34,047 nucleotides of DNA from Octopus bimaculoides. Taxonomy: Eukaryota. Location: the NCBI RefSeq assembly GCF_001194135.2, contig NC_068986.1, positions 109,730,324-109,764,370 of the forward strand. Direction: 5' to 3'. The notes beneath the pieces were generated by a model. The model saw nothing but the letters and a program-made list of their open reading frames with translations, made no database searches and was not told where the DNA came from. Numbering within the stretch: the stretch's first letter is position 1; every line of letters begins with the position of its first letter. Shown here piece after piece: positions 1 through 10,789 of this stretch. The position numbers were made by a program, and so were the translations under genes.

Positions 1-34
1 GGGGGGGGGGAAGAAAACGCCTCATAGCTCTTAC

Positions 35-64
35 CTTGTCAACTGAGGAGACGTAAGCATCCAT
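35..64 (-). CDS. Candidate first coding exon (MDAYVSSVDK) of a gene continuing left out of the window
   Basis: Minus strand reads ATG GAT GCT TAC GTC TCC TCA GTT GAC AAG then GTAAGA, a consensus-like donor in phase 0. The surrounding ~550 bp is non-SINE sequence with several CpGs. No homology recognised. Confidence 0.25.
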
Positions 65-360
65 GCGCAGCGTAATATGGGAGAAAGAGAAAGAGAAGAT
101 CCCAGGTGAAGGAATGCGATGAGCTCTTAGTTACATCTCCTCCTCCTCCTACCACCACTCCTGCTATATTGCAACTTCTCCCACCAATATGTCATTAATG
201 AGAAACAGTGGTCTTTAACGAACACTAATGCTTATTGATTGGGAAAACAAAAGGAAGTAAATAAATATATCAACGAATATATTCGTTGTGTTGTGTGTCG
301 TGGAAGGAGGGATTTAACAAAAACTCCCAGTGTAACACTTTCTGACTGTCGGCTGTTGTA

Positions 361-470
361 ATTGTAGGTGGCGGTGGTGGTGGTGATGGTGGTGGTATTA
401 GTAGGACTGATGGGTTTGATGGGGGAGGGAGATTTGTAGTAGTGGTGGTGGTGGTGGTGGCGGTGCTATG
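361..470 (+). repeat. (GGT)n-rich low-complexity tract
   Basis: Runs such as ggtggtggtggtgatggtggtgg are directly visible. Confidence 0.85.
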
Positions 471-569
471 GGTGTTATGTTAGCTGGCCGGTTGGCTGGC
501 TGGTTTGATGATTTGTTAGTGGTGTTGCTTATTGGAGTGTAAGAAACATGTTAGCACTGGTGACTACGT

Positions 570-775
570 GTATAAGTGTGAGAATATACACACACACATA
601 CATACATACACACACTATATCTACATCCATTCATATATACATACACACACACACACATACACACACACACATATATATATATATTATAGTGCATGCATAC
701 CCATATTTATGTATAGTGAATAAATGCCTTGATTAGATGAATTAAGATGTGCCTAATGAGGTTCATGTGTGAATT

Positions 776-833
<58 letters not shown>

Positions 834-959
834 ACATACATACACACACACACTTATATATATATAACACACACAAATGCATATATATATATATACATAT
901 ATATACATATATACACACAAATCTATATATGTAAATATAAGGGCCAAGTGTTTGTACTG

Positions 960-1002
<43 letters not shown>

Positions 1003-1140
1003 CAAGCATATATGAGCATATGTATTTTCAGGAAAACAAATACACATGTAGCTATACAACAACCAATGTAGATACTGTGCACGTATATAATATATATACA
1101 CACACACACACATGTATGCATGCATGCATATATATGTATA
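570..1140. repeat. Compound (CA)n/(TA)n/(TG)n microsatellite field
   Basis: Directly visible; explains the HT/IY/CV-repeat ORFs. Confidence 0.95.
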
Positions 1141-1409
1141 TAACACCTCTAAACACATAAACACAAACTAACAATACAATCTTTTACAATGTTGACTCTG
1201 GATTGTAGTTTACTTTTAAAAATAAACTTGGAACAATGAGAGCTTTTCTTTTGAAACAGTTTCCAAGGCAACACTAAGTATTTTCACAATTATTTAAAAT
1301 TACATAATTTATAGCTTCTGTAAGGAAAGATGGTTTTTGCCTTCCCTTATATAAGTTTTTTATTGGGTCATAATAACTTTTATACACACACACACACACA
1401 TTCACATTA

Positions 1410-1570
1410 CATCATTTACTATATGAGTTCTATGCTGACATGGGTTAAATGGTATGATGTGATCCAACCAGCCTGAGGGCTACATTGGTCTCCAGTGTCT
1501 GCTTTGGAAAGGTTTCTATGGCTGGTTGCTCTTCCTAATGCCAACCATTTCAGAGTGCACTGGCTACTTT
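1410..1570 (-). mobile_element. Family B retroposon tail (RTE-like 3' end), degenerate
   Basis: Reverse complement matches the ggttggcattaggaagggcatccagctgtagaaac...ccatgccagcatgga...aaatgatg consensus of other copies. Confidence 0.7.
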
Positions 1571-1744
1571 GATTTTGAAGCGGCTGATCTTCCCTAAGTG
1601 TATCTTTGAATGGTTGACTGGTCTGATACCATTGTTAGCTTATCCAAGTAAAACATGTAGCAGTGTGTTTGAGCATGTATGTGTAGACACATGTATGCAT
1701 GTATAGTCTCTGAAAGTTTTCTTTTGGTTTCAAGTGTTTGTGTT

Positions 1745-1948
1745 GCTGTTGTTTAACCCTAGGCTATACCTGTTGAAGCCAGCTTAGGATCAAAAGCATT
1801 CCGGCCATGACAATCTTACCTTTTTGAAAGTGGGGAATAGTGTAACCCTAGACCACATCAGCCAATGTGTTCTTCAATTTTCAAGATAGTGTGAAATGAA
1901 GGAAATATGACTGTTATTTCTAGCAGGTCAAGGGACCACATAGAGGTT
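1745..1948 (+). repeat. Family F old interspersed repeat (unclassified)
   Basis: tgttgtttaaccc...gatcaaaagcattccggccatgac...gactgttatttctagcaggtc recurs near 12470-12720, 18070-18212 and 20820-21230. Confidence 0.65.
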
Positions 1949-2309
1949 CTTCTTGTCTCAAAAGTTACAGTATTTTTAATATAGGTTTCTGGACTTAAAG
2001 TGAATATGAAATGATTCTCTGGAGAAGAAGGGAAGGTTATAAGAGACTTTCTTAGATGCTCAAGAATTTATTTTACCAAAACTAATACAAAAGAAAAAAA
2101 ATATATAGATGTAGGTTTCACAATGTTATGAAGAGCATCCAGTGATGCAGTGGAACCATATTCCAAATAGAATTCAGATTACCAAAATTACCCAAGATAC
2201 AGTCTTTGTGAATAAGTTCTTGGAATCTCCGAATATCAAGTCAATTTACATTGAAGTTATTCTGCCACATCAGCCCACCCACCACAACAGAACTGATATC
2301 CTAATAACC

Positions 2310-2543
2310 AAGGTACCATGCTGGTGCCATGGAAAAGGCACTGGTGCTGGTGGCACAGAAGAAACGATCAGTTCTCTCTGTAAAATGGTTGTTGGCATTA
2401 GGAAGGGCATCCAGCTGTAGAAACCAAAGCAAAACAGACTACGGAACTTGGTGTAGCCCTTGGAATTGTCAACTCTTGTCAAGCCATACAACCTGTGCCA
2501 GCATGGACAATGGACGTTAAATGAAGATGAGGATGATGATGAT
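2310..2543 (+). mobile_element. Family B retroposon tail (RTE-like 3' end)
   Basis: gttggcattaggaagggcatccagctgtagaaacc...ccagcatggac...gacgttaaatga followed by a (GAT)n tail. Confidence 0.85.
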
Positions 2544-2966
2544 ATCATAAACAACAGAGAGAACTCTGCAGATATTGGACCTAAATGGCCCTCATATATA
2601 CAATCTCACCCTATTCTCTCATAACAAGGGACACTTTGGATAATGTTGTCCTTGATATACCATGCCTAAAAAAGATGAAATAGCCATAGATGGAATGCTT
2701 TTGGAGACAGGTCTGTTTGAACAAGGATGAACTGAGATGAAGGAACATGACAAGAATCCCTCTGGGTAAAATAAGTGAACAATGCTTGCAGGGCATTCAT
2801 TTAGAGTTCATTGCATTAACCTCTGAATATTCCCAGAACATCTTGATAAAATTAGAGATGAAGAAGAAAAATATAGATCATTCCCAGGAGGATTTGAACT
2901 GAGAATAAAAAAAAGCAAGAGGACATACTATCAATTACACAGTTCAGTGTTCTACACTTTGAGCTG

Positions 2967-3371
2967 GGTGGAGGCGCAATGGCCCAGTAGTTAGGGCAGC
3001 GGACTCGCGGTCATAGGATTGCGGTTTCGATTCCCAGACTGGGTGTTGTGAGTGCTTATTGAGCGAAAATACCTAAAGCTCCACAAGGCTCCGGCAGGGG
3101 ATGGTGGCGAACCCTGCTGTACTCTTTCACCACAACTTTCTCTCACTCTTACTTCCTGTTTTTGTTGTGCCTGTAATTCAAAGGGTCAGCCTTGTCACAC
3201 AGTGTCATGCTGAATATTCCCGAGAACTATGTTAAGGGTACACGTGTCTGTGGAGTGCTCAGCCACTTGCACGTTAATTTCACGAGCAGGCTGTTCCGTC
3301 GATCGGATCGACTGGAACCCTCGACGTCGTAAGCGACGGAGTGCCAANNNNNNNNNNNNNNNAACAACAAC
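2967..3371 (+). mobile_element. Family D tRNA-headed SINE, near full length, (CAA)n tail
   Basis: A-box-like TGGCCCAGTAGTTAG at ~2980, B-box-like GGTTTCGATTCCC at ~3023, CpG-rich body, tail gtgccaa[N gap]aacaacaac. Single copy here, so family assignment is inferred. Confidence 0.75.
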
Positions 3372-3439
3372 TTTGAGCTGATCTGTTTATAAAATTGCTT
3401 AAATTGTATGGATCATTATTTGTGCCCAAATACACATTC

Positions 3440-3485
<46 letters not shown>

Positions 3486-3819
3486 AGAACATTGTAATGT
3501 ATTGCCAAACTCTTTTATGCAATCAATTTCAATGTGTCTATTGACCAATAACTGCAGTATTTTACCATTATTATTATAGCTTATGTATTCCTATGTTTCA
3601 TTGATTTTTTTTTTTTTCTTTAATCATTTGTCTGTTCAATAATGTTAGAATTAAAAATACAATTCCTGAAAATTTCAGCTTCTAAAATTCACACAATTTA
3701 ATTTACTACACAGAGTAGCTATTTTTTCTCTCTCTTCTAAACACAAACATTAACAAAGTGATATATACACACTTCATTATCATCATCATCATCATCACCC
3801 TCTTGTCACCATCATCACC

Positions 3820-3960
3820 ATCATCATCATTTAACATTCCTTTTCCACAGTTCATCAGTCAGACAGAATTTGTTGAAGCAGATTTGTTCTGGTCAGGTGC
3901 CTTTCCTGTTGCCAACCCTCCCCATGACCAGACATATTTTTTCATGGAAGACTGAATATG
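3820..3960 (-). mobile_element. Family B variant (B2) retroposon tail
   Basis: (CAT)n then ttaacattcc...gcagatttgttctggtcaggtgcctttcctgttgccaaccc; related copies near 12035-12125 and 21522-21680. Confidence 0.7.
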
Positions 3961-4174
3961 AAGATGATATTCATTTAAAAAAAATCTCGATAAGGGTACA
4001 CCCAGTTACCTCCACTCTGACCCCGGAACCGTCCATCTCTTATTTTTGCTCTGTTCTCACCAAACACCTCTTTCCTGTCTTTCTGTGCCTTCAGGTAAAC
4101 TCTCTCCTCTACCATATTCCATCTTAACACCACATTCGTTCTCAACACCCTTTCAGCTTGCTGCCTTAATAAAT

Positions 4175-4393
4175 AATAATCCTTTTTATTATAGGCACAA
4201 GGCCTGAAATTTGCGGGAGGCGGGATAGTCAATCTCATCGACCCCAGTACTCAACTGATACTTAATTTATCAATTCCGAAAGGATGAAAGGCAAAATTGA
4301 CCCCGGTAGAATTTGAACCCAGAACAGCAGAAGATGAAATACTGCTAAGCATTTCGCCCAGTGTGCTAACGATTCTGCCAGCTTGACACCTTA
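4175..4393 (-). mobile_element. Family A tRNA-headed SINE, tail type 1
   Basis: Reverse complement: taaggtgtcaagctggcagaatcgttagcac...ggttcaaattc...cctttcatcctttcgg...ggccttgtgcctataat, then ATT repeats. Confidence 0.9.
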
Positions 4394-4507
4394 AAGATGT
4401 ATGAAAGAATAAGATTCTACACTCTGCTGCAGGACAGAATATGGTGTATGGTACTAAGGAATCTGGTGAATCTCACCTGTATTCATGTTTTTAATTAAAG
4501 TAGAATG

Positions 4508-4735
4508 TAAGGTAATGAGCTGGCAGACTCGTTAGCATATCAGACAAAATGCTTAGCAACACTCTATCTTCCTTTATGTTCTTAGTTCAAATTCCGCTGA
4601 GGTGACTGCCTTTCATCCGTTTGGGGTTGATAAAATAGATATAAGATAAAATTTAGTTGGACTCTAGGATCAATATAACCAGCTTACCCCTTCCCTGAAA
4701 TTGCTGGCCTTGTGCCAAAAATATGAAACCAATAA
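4508..4735 (+). mobile_element. Family A SINE, tail type 2
   Basis: taaggtaatgagctggcagactcgttagc...agttcaaattccgc...gaaattgctggccttgtgccaaaa. Confidence 0.85.
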
Positions 4736-4949
4736 ATTATAGTAGGATGTAATCGTACCATGTAATCGTACCCCAGAATGGTGAAACTGATGCAGTAGAT
4801 CTTTGACAAAGAAAGTAATTCTACATGATTGGTAGCTCAACTAAATCACAATAGACCAGAGATAACCAATAACAACAATAAGAACAAAAGCAAGAAACAA
4901 CAACAACAGTCTCTCACGTTGACTCCATATTAATGACGGAACCAGAACT

Positions 4950-5350
4950 GTATACGAGGGGTTAAAGTCTTCCCTTCGCAACTAAAAATTACTTTGGCTT
5001 TGAGTAACTGCTGATTCTGTACAAGTTAGGAGTGTACTCTACTATAAAGAACTGCACTCATACCTGGGCTGAAACAGCTGCCTCGTACATCAAAATTCTA
5101 GACAACATCTCTCCTCAAAGAGGTCATTAACTGATGGGTAAGATCTTCACACACACTAACAGTCTGCTACAATCACTGACATACCAATGGGTTGCATTTG
5201 TAGAAATTCAACAACATTGTCAACACATTTTATACAAACTTCCATCTGATTCCTAGAACTGACTGACCCCTATTTGGCCATCACTAGCATTGAACCCCTT
5301 CTAACTCTCATCTTTGGGGTTTGAATAATTGAAACTAGTCTGAAGGGAAA
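4950..5350 (+). mobile_element. Decayed CR1/Jockey-group LINE fragment, region C-terminal to RT
   Basis: Manual translation gives KNYFGFE*LLILYKLGVYSTIKNCTHTWAETAASYIKILDNI, resembling the LLxLYKxxVRPxLEYCSxxW motif; related to the fragment at 9997-10565. Confidence 0.6.
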
Positions 5351-5407
5351 TCCATACAGTCACTCAGTGCAGTTGAAATAGCAGAGAAACCCACACAATT
5401 CACACCC

Positions 5408-5624
5408 TATTATATTGGTCTCAGATTTTGCCACAAGGGCAGCCGTTTTGTGGGAGGGGATGAATCGATTACATCGACCCCAGTATTTCACTGGTATATA
5501 ATTTATCGACCCCAAAAGAATGAAAGTGTCCCTCAGTAGAATGTGAACTCAGAACATAGCGGTTGGCGAAATACCGCTAAGCATTTCATCCAGTGTGCTA
5601 ACGATTCTGCCAGCTCCCTGCTTT
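5408..5624 (-). mobile_element. Family A SINE, tail type 2
   Basis: cgattacatcgaccccagt...atttatcgacccc...gtgctaacgattctgccagct. Confidence 0.9.
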
Positions 5625-6857
5625 ATCACACCCCATTATATTAAAAAAGGAGAAAGACATTAAAAATTATGGTCTTGGATGTTTAGTGTCTGAACAAAGA
5701 GAAGATAATTGCTTGAATGGATTTGGTCATTGGTCAGCTCAGTTAGGGATGAACTGAAGATAAATAACAACAAGGCATTGTATCCTCCTTCCAGCTCTAC
5801 TAGGGTTCCTGCTTCTCTAACCCTCCTAATACCAATCCACCTCGGACCATCTCTACTTTTACAACACAAAACCTTTAATTTTACAGAGTTCTTATTATAA
5901 TCCTGATCTCATCCATCAGGATTTTAAGAACTGTTTGCTGCTAAGTTATGTTCCAAACACCAGCTTCAATACAAAGGTCAGGTATTGTAGAAAATCCAAA
6001 TAAATTGAACCACATAAACAATATATTTCATTAGAAATAAGGCCATAAAAGGGTTTTGAATCACCTGATTTCCTTAGCTCCCTTCCCTTTGTTACCCCTA
6101 CAACATCACACTCCTAAAACCCTAAATATGAAACCAAGTATTTATCGCCAGAACTGAAATCATCTTAAATTCCCTCCCTGCCCCTATTTTCCCTATTTTG
6201 ACCATCAACTACATTAATTTCACTGGTGTGAGAGACCTTATAAATAGCATGGGACACAAACCCCTCGTCTTCCCCTAAAAATAGAAATAGAAAGCTGTAC
6301 ACTGAAGTTAATCTTTTAATGTGAAGGATTTTAGTTTAGTTAATCTTTCTTAGATTTAAAGGTTTTAAGATTAGGGAATTATGGGCAGTGTTATTTTTGG
6401 GGATTTATGATGTTGAAGCAAACCTTGTCTTAGGCTATTGTAAATAGAGATAAGTTTCCCTTAATATAATTCAATAGTAAGCCATCTTGTTGACCCCTAT
6501 TTCAAGCTGTCCACTGTCTCCTTTCTATCACAGCATAAAACGTGATTGGCTCAAGCAATTGTTTTTGTTCTGTGCTCTTTAAATTATTTATTCTAACTAT
6601 CATCAAGATTACCATTTTTTTTCAAATGCATTTATCAAGGCAAACAAAGGTTGGCAAATATAAAGCGAGGTCTTTTTTTTTTTTGCCACTGCAAGAAATA
6701 GGGTAGATGGTTGATTCCAGGGCCTTTTGTTGATTAAAAGAATTCTTTTTTGCCATCAAATAATCCTAGAAAATAACTTAAGCAGGAAGAACGTAAACAC
6801 TTGTGATCGCATGGACAAATAATAATGATGATGATGATGATGATGATGATAACAATA

Positions 6858-7047
6858 ATAACAGTTTCAAATTTTGGCACAAGGCCAGCAATTTCAGAGG
6901 TGTGGAGGTTAAGTAAATTACATCAACCCCAGTGTCCAACTGGTATTCATTTTACTGAGCTCAAAAGGATGAAAGTAAGTTGACCTCAAAGTCAGAACAA
7001 ATGCTGCTAAGCATTTGTTCTGACTTGGTAACCATTCTGCCAGCCTA
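6858..7047 (-). mobile_element. Family A SINE, tail type 2, degenerate
   Basis: tttcaaattttggcacaaggccagcaatttc...aaggatgaaag...attctgccagcc. Confidence 0.75.
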
Positions 7048-7061
7048 AAAACAACAACAGC

Positions 7062-7092
<31 letters not shown>
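7048..7092 (+). repeat. (CAA)n microsatellite
   Basis: Directly visible. Confidence 0.9.
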
Positions 7093-7093
<1 letters not shown>

Positions 7094-7514
7094 GACTCTG
7101 TGGAAAGAGTATGGAAAATTTGACCCACTTGGTAAGTGGATGTGAGAGCCTTGCACAAAAAGAATACAAGCACTGCCACGATAAAGTGTGTGTGTATCAT
7201 CATTGGTTCTTATGCCATAAATATCAATATGAAGTAAGAGAGAACTGGTATGGGCATGCACCAAGTAAAGTTATGCAGGAAGATGGAAAAGTAACGATAC
7301 TCTGGGACTATGATTTTCAGACGGATCCTGTAATCGAACATTGTAAACCGAATATTGTCACATTGAATAAGAGAGACAAATACTGTCAGATCATTGATGT
7401 AGCCATACCAAATGACATGAATGTTGTGAGTAAAGAGATTGAAAAAATCACCAAGGACTCCGAATTGAATGTGGGAATGGCAACACTGTATGGAATGCGA
7501 GAAGGTAATGTAAA
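7093..7514 (+). mobile_element. Non-LTR retrotransposon fragment: CCHC zinc knuckle plus restriction-like endonuclease (R4/Dong-like)
   Basis: Open frame RLCGKSMENLTHLVSGC..LAQKEYKHCHDKV..HWFLC..VTILWDYDFQTD..KPNIVTLNK..IIDVAIP.D..KEIEKI. These are typical C-terminal motifs of RLE clades, with the catalytic PD read here as PN. Confidence 0.85.
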
Positions 7515-7615
7515 ATTTCCCCAAGACACCTAATGAAGGCTGGAGGGTATAGCAGCTGAAACGTTGTGTTAACAACAAACCAGATGAGGACAAATATCCG
7601 TCAAATGTAAATAAT
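7515..7615 (+). mobile_element. Penelope-like terminal fragment
   Basis: cctaatgaaggc...agctgaaacgttg resembles the tgaaga..ccgaaacg terminal signature of PLEs; AATGTAAA flanks it at 7507-7514 and 7604-7611. Confidence 0.45.
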
Positions 7616-7616
7616 A

Positions 7617-7848
7617 GGCATAGGAGTGGCTGTGTGGTAAGTAGCTTGCTAACAAACCACATGGTCCCAGGTTCAGTCCCACTGCGTGGCACCTTGGGCA
7701 ANNNNNNNNNNNNNNNNNNNNNNNNNNNNNNNNNNNNNNNNNNNNNNNNNNNNNNNNNNNNNNNNNNNNNNNNNNNNNNNNNNNNNNNNNNNNNNNNNNN
7801 NCAGCATGGCCACAGTCAAATGACTGAAACAAGTAAAAGAGTAAAAGA
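7617..7848 (+). mobile_element. Family C tRNA-headed CORE-like SINE, interrupted by N gap
   Basis: ggagtggctgtgtggtaag...ggttcagtcccactgcgtggcaccttgggcaa[N]cagcatggcc...aagtaaaaga. Confidence 0.85.
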
Positions 7849-8391
7849 TTGTAATCTTTCATGTAATAATGATCTTTCAGGCCAAGATTTAAATTTTAAA
7901 CATGCACTGAAGATATAGTTTCGATCAATTGTCAAGGTTAAAGATAACAAAATATTTGCAGTGAGTATTAACAGATGACTCAGAACTTAGGAATTCATAA
8001 CAGGGTATGTTTAGCACATATACCTTTTATATACCTGTGTGTTTGTGTGTGTGTTTATTTTTAAATTATATCATCAGAAATACAGGTTGAACCTTACAAA
8101 GCTGACAAGGTCAGGACCAGGCAAGTTCACGAAGAGCACATTTTTAGGAAGCAGCGAAGCTTGCATCTACTGTATTGTCTTATTGATACCAATTTAACTT
8201 ACATAGGTTGACACCCAGCTCATGCTGACTTGGCTCCTTTGTTACAAAGAGTTAGTTTAGTGTGAACACAAAGGTTTAGTCTTGTGTACTGTGGGACAAA
8301 AAAAATAAGTAGATAAGTTGAAAAAAAAAAATCAAAGAAAAATATGCCCACTAACATTTATAAAAGATTGTATAAAAATTTGGAACAGGGA

Positions 8392-9108
8392 CAGGCATGG
8401 CTGTGTGGTAAGAAACTTGGTTCCCAACTACATGGTTCTGGGTTCAATCTCACTGCATGGCATCTTGGGCAAGTATCTTCTACTATAACCTCAATACAAC
8501 TAAAGTCTTGAGAGTGAATTTGAAAGATGGAAACTGAAAGAAGCCCATTGTGTGTGTGCGTGCGTATATACATATATATATATATATACACACATGTGTG
8601 TGTGTGTGTGTGTAGTGCCATGCAAATGGCACCTATGAATCGTAGCCATGGTCACTGTCAATGCCATATAAATGGCACCCATGCCAGTGGCACAGAAAAG
8701 CACCCGTTACACTCCTGGAGTGGTTGGCATTAGGAAGGGCATCCAGCTGTAGAAACCATGCCAAATCAGACTGGTATCTGGTGCAGCTCTCCAGCTCAGC
8801 TCCAGTCAAACCATCTCACCTATGCCAGCATGGAGAGCAGACGTTAAATGATGATGATGATGATGACACACATACATGCGTGTGTGTATGTGTGCACACA
8901 CGCATCTGTGTTTGTCCCTTATCATTGCTTGACAACTGGTGGTGGTGTGTTTACATCCCGGTAACCTAGTGGTTCAGCAAAAAAAAACGATAGAATAAGA
9001 ACCAAACTTTAAAAAAAACAAATCAAGAGGATCGATTCATTCAGCTAAAAATTCTTCAAGGCCGTGCCCCAGCTTGGCCCCAGTCTAATGACAGACAAGT
9101 AAAAGAAA
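8392..9108 (+). mobile_element. Family C SINE split by a family B insertion
   Basis: Head and CORE-like part 8392-8550, microsatellite, B element, then 3' half (gtttgtcc...gacaactgg...aagtaaaag) to ~9108. Confidence 0.85.
8613..8866 (+). mobile_element. Family B retroposon tail nested in family C
   Basis: ggagtggttggcattaggaagggcatccagctgtagaaacc...gacgttaaa(tga)n. Confidence 0.9.
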
Positions 9109-9727
9109 GCAATGGTTTATTTACATTAATTTTTACTGTAAATATATAAGAAACTTTCAGTAAATAAAACCCCAACAAATTTACAATAAATAAATAAAGC
9201 ATTTTCCACCCATTTTCGTTTACCTTCATTTAATGTTGATCTGTTTCTGATAACCATCTGACTTTTGGTATCAGCAAAATTTTCCTTTCTTTTCTTGTTT
9301 CTTAACATCATACACTAGCAATGGACCGATGCCTCATTCTCCACATAAAACTCGTCAATGTTCTACCCTCCAGCTTTTTAATTGTGACAACTTTTGTAAT
9401 GCTGCATGTTTATGTTTTGTTGACTTACTACTTGCTTCTCTATCAGCAGACATATTCACGGGTAAACTATCTGTAATAAAAGGTTACATCTGTACCTGTA
9501 CAGCAGTATCAACTATCTTCAGTAAGATTCATTCCTCCCTTGCATTCTCTAACCATGCATCATCTACACGCAACCGAGACACCACATGCCAAACCTGCAT
9601 TCACTCCATCAACAGGGACCTTCAGAGAATCCTCCACCTCACCTCTTTTAACAGAAAAGAAACCAAAAAAAAAAAAAACCCCACTCAAGTGCTTCTTACA
9701 TCAAGAAAACACCATTGCACCACAACC

Positions 9728-9967
9728 TTTTCTTATTTCTTTATTGCCCACAGGGGGCTAAACATAGAGGGGACAAACAAGGACAGACAAAGGGATTAAG
9801 TGGATTATATCAACCCCAGTGCGTAACTGGTACTTAATTTATCGACCCCGAAAGGATGAAAGGCAAAGTCGACCTCGGCGGAATTTGAACTCAAAACGTA
9901 ACAGCAGACGAAATACCACTAAGCAATTCGCCCGGCGTGCTAACCACTCTGCCAGCTCGCCGCCTTT
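9728..9967 (-). mobile_element. Family A SINE, tail type 3, well preserved
   Basis: ttcttatttctttattgcccacagg...ggacagacaaagggattaag...atttatcgaccccgaaaggatgaaaggcaaagtcgacctcggcgg...ctctgccagctcgccgcctt. Confidence 0.92.
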
Positions 9968-9996
9968 AAACACCACTGCACTACAACCGTTTCTAA

Positions 9997-10565
9997 TCAT
10001 GAGTGGCACTCAGCTAGAGTCCCTGCAATCACTCAAAATGCTGGGCCTGGCAGAATCCTTAACATAGTTAAAACTACGTCTCAGAGACTAGACCTTTTTA
10101 TTCCTAGGAAACATTTCAGTCCACAGATGCCTGCTGATTCTCTACATGGCCCAAATGAGGCCCAAGGGAGTGCTACTTCCACAACTTGGATGGTGCTACT
10201 GCTATTACACACATTGACATCCTGAGAAGGGCTTCTTGGGTAATTGACATTCAGTCAGTAACAGACACAGCCTAACCTATGGCTCACAAGTGTGCCATCT
10301 CCTCTCTCCACTTGTCTATTCATCTCTCATTACTCTTGGTGCACCCAACCTCCCTCCATTTTCTCCCTGCACTAACCACTGTTCTCATTCCTTCTCCATC
10401 AAGACATCATCACTTTGGAATCTCCTCTCTGCTCATGTCTTTCCAGTTGTTGATTTGCTACAACTTAAATGGAACATTAACAGCATCAAACGTGCCAGTC
10501 ATGAAGGACCTGCAAGGGGGGCTACAGGCTCTGTCCCTTCCTCCAGACTCAGCAAACGAATAAAC
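9997..10565 (+). mobile_element. Decayed CR1/Jockey-group LINE 3' fragment
   Basis: Frameshifted pieces NIVKTTSQRL, LILYMAQMRPK and PCTNHCSHSFSIKTSSLWNLLSAHVFP, matching the SFFPRTxxLWNSLP terminal motif. Confidence 0.7.
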
Positions 10566-10594
10566 AATATGGGATGGGATGCTGGTGATACCAC

Positions 10595-10667
10595 AAGTGA
10601 ACAAATGATGATCAACTAAGTGAACAAATGATGATCAACTAAGTGAACAAATGATGATGAACTAAGT
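10595..10667 (+). repeat. 23-bp tandem repeat, about 3 copies (aagtgaacaaatgatgatcaact)
   Basis: Units start at 10595, 10618 and 10641. Confidence 0.9.
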
Positions 10668-10789
10668 TCAAGGGTTTAGGATTAACATCCTAAACCCATG
10701 AAACTACCAGAGTTACAGAGGCTCAACCAGTATTTAATCCAGAATTAATGAGCCTCAACTTGTGTTCAATCCAGGATCTACCCATTTAC

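Noticed and set aside
532-1164. ORFs rich in HT/IY/CV repeats, also at 8358-8733, 15491-16262, 27722-27955 and 31956-32378
   Set aside because: Translations of dinucleotide microsatellites and SINE sequence.
2967-3040. tRNA gene, also the heads of families A, C and E
   Set aside because: A/B boxes are present, but no complete cloverleaf or terminator follows; each continues into a SINE body.
3975-4155. Possible RTE C-terminal fragment on the minus strand
   Set aside because: Purine-rich and suggestive, but no diagnostic motif could be read.
6095-6420. Loose inverted similarity (caacatcac… / …atgatgttg)
   Set aside because: Too short and degenerate to call a foldback element.
8082-8340. TA-CAGGTTGAACCT resembling a Tigger/pogo TIR
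   Set aside because: No matching right TIR found.
9329-9799. 156-aa ORF
   Set aside because: No recognisable domain; its 3' part runs into SINE A. It may be very old LINE debris, but I cannot support that.
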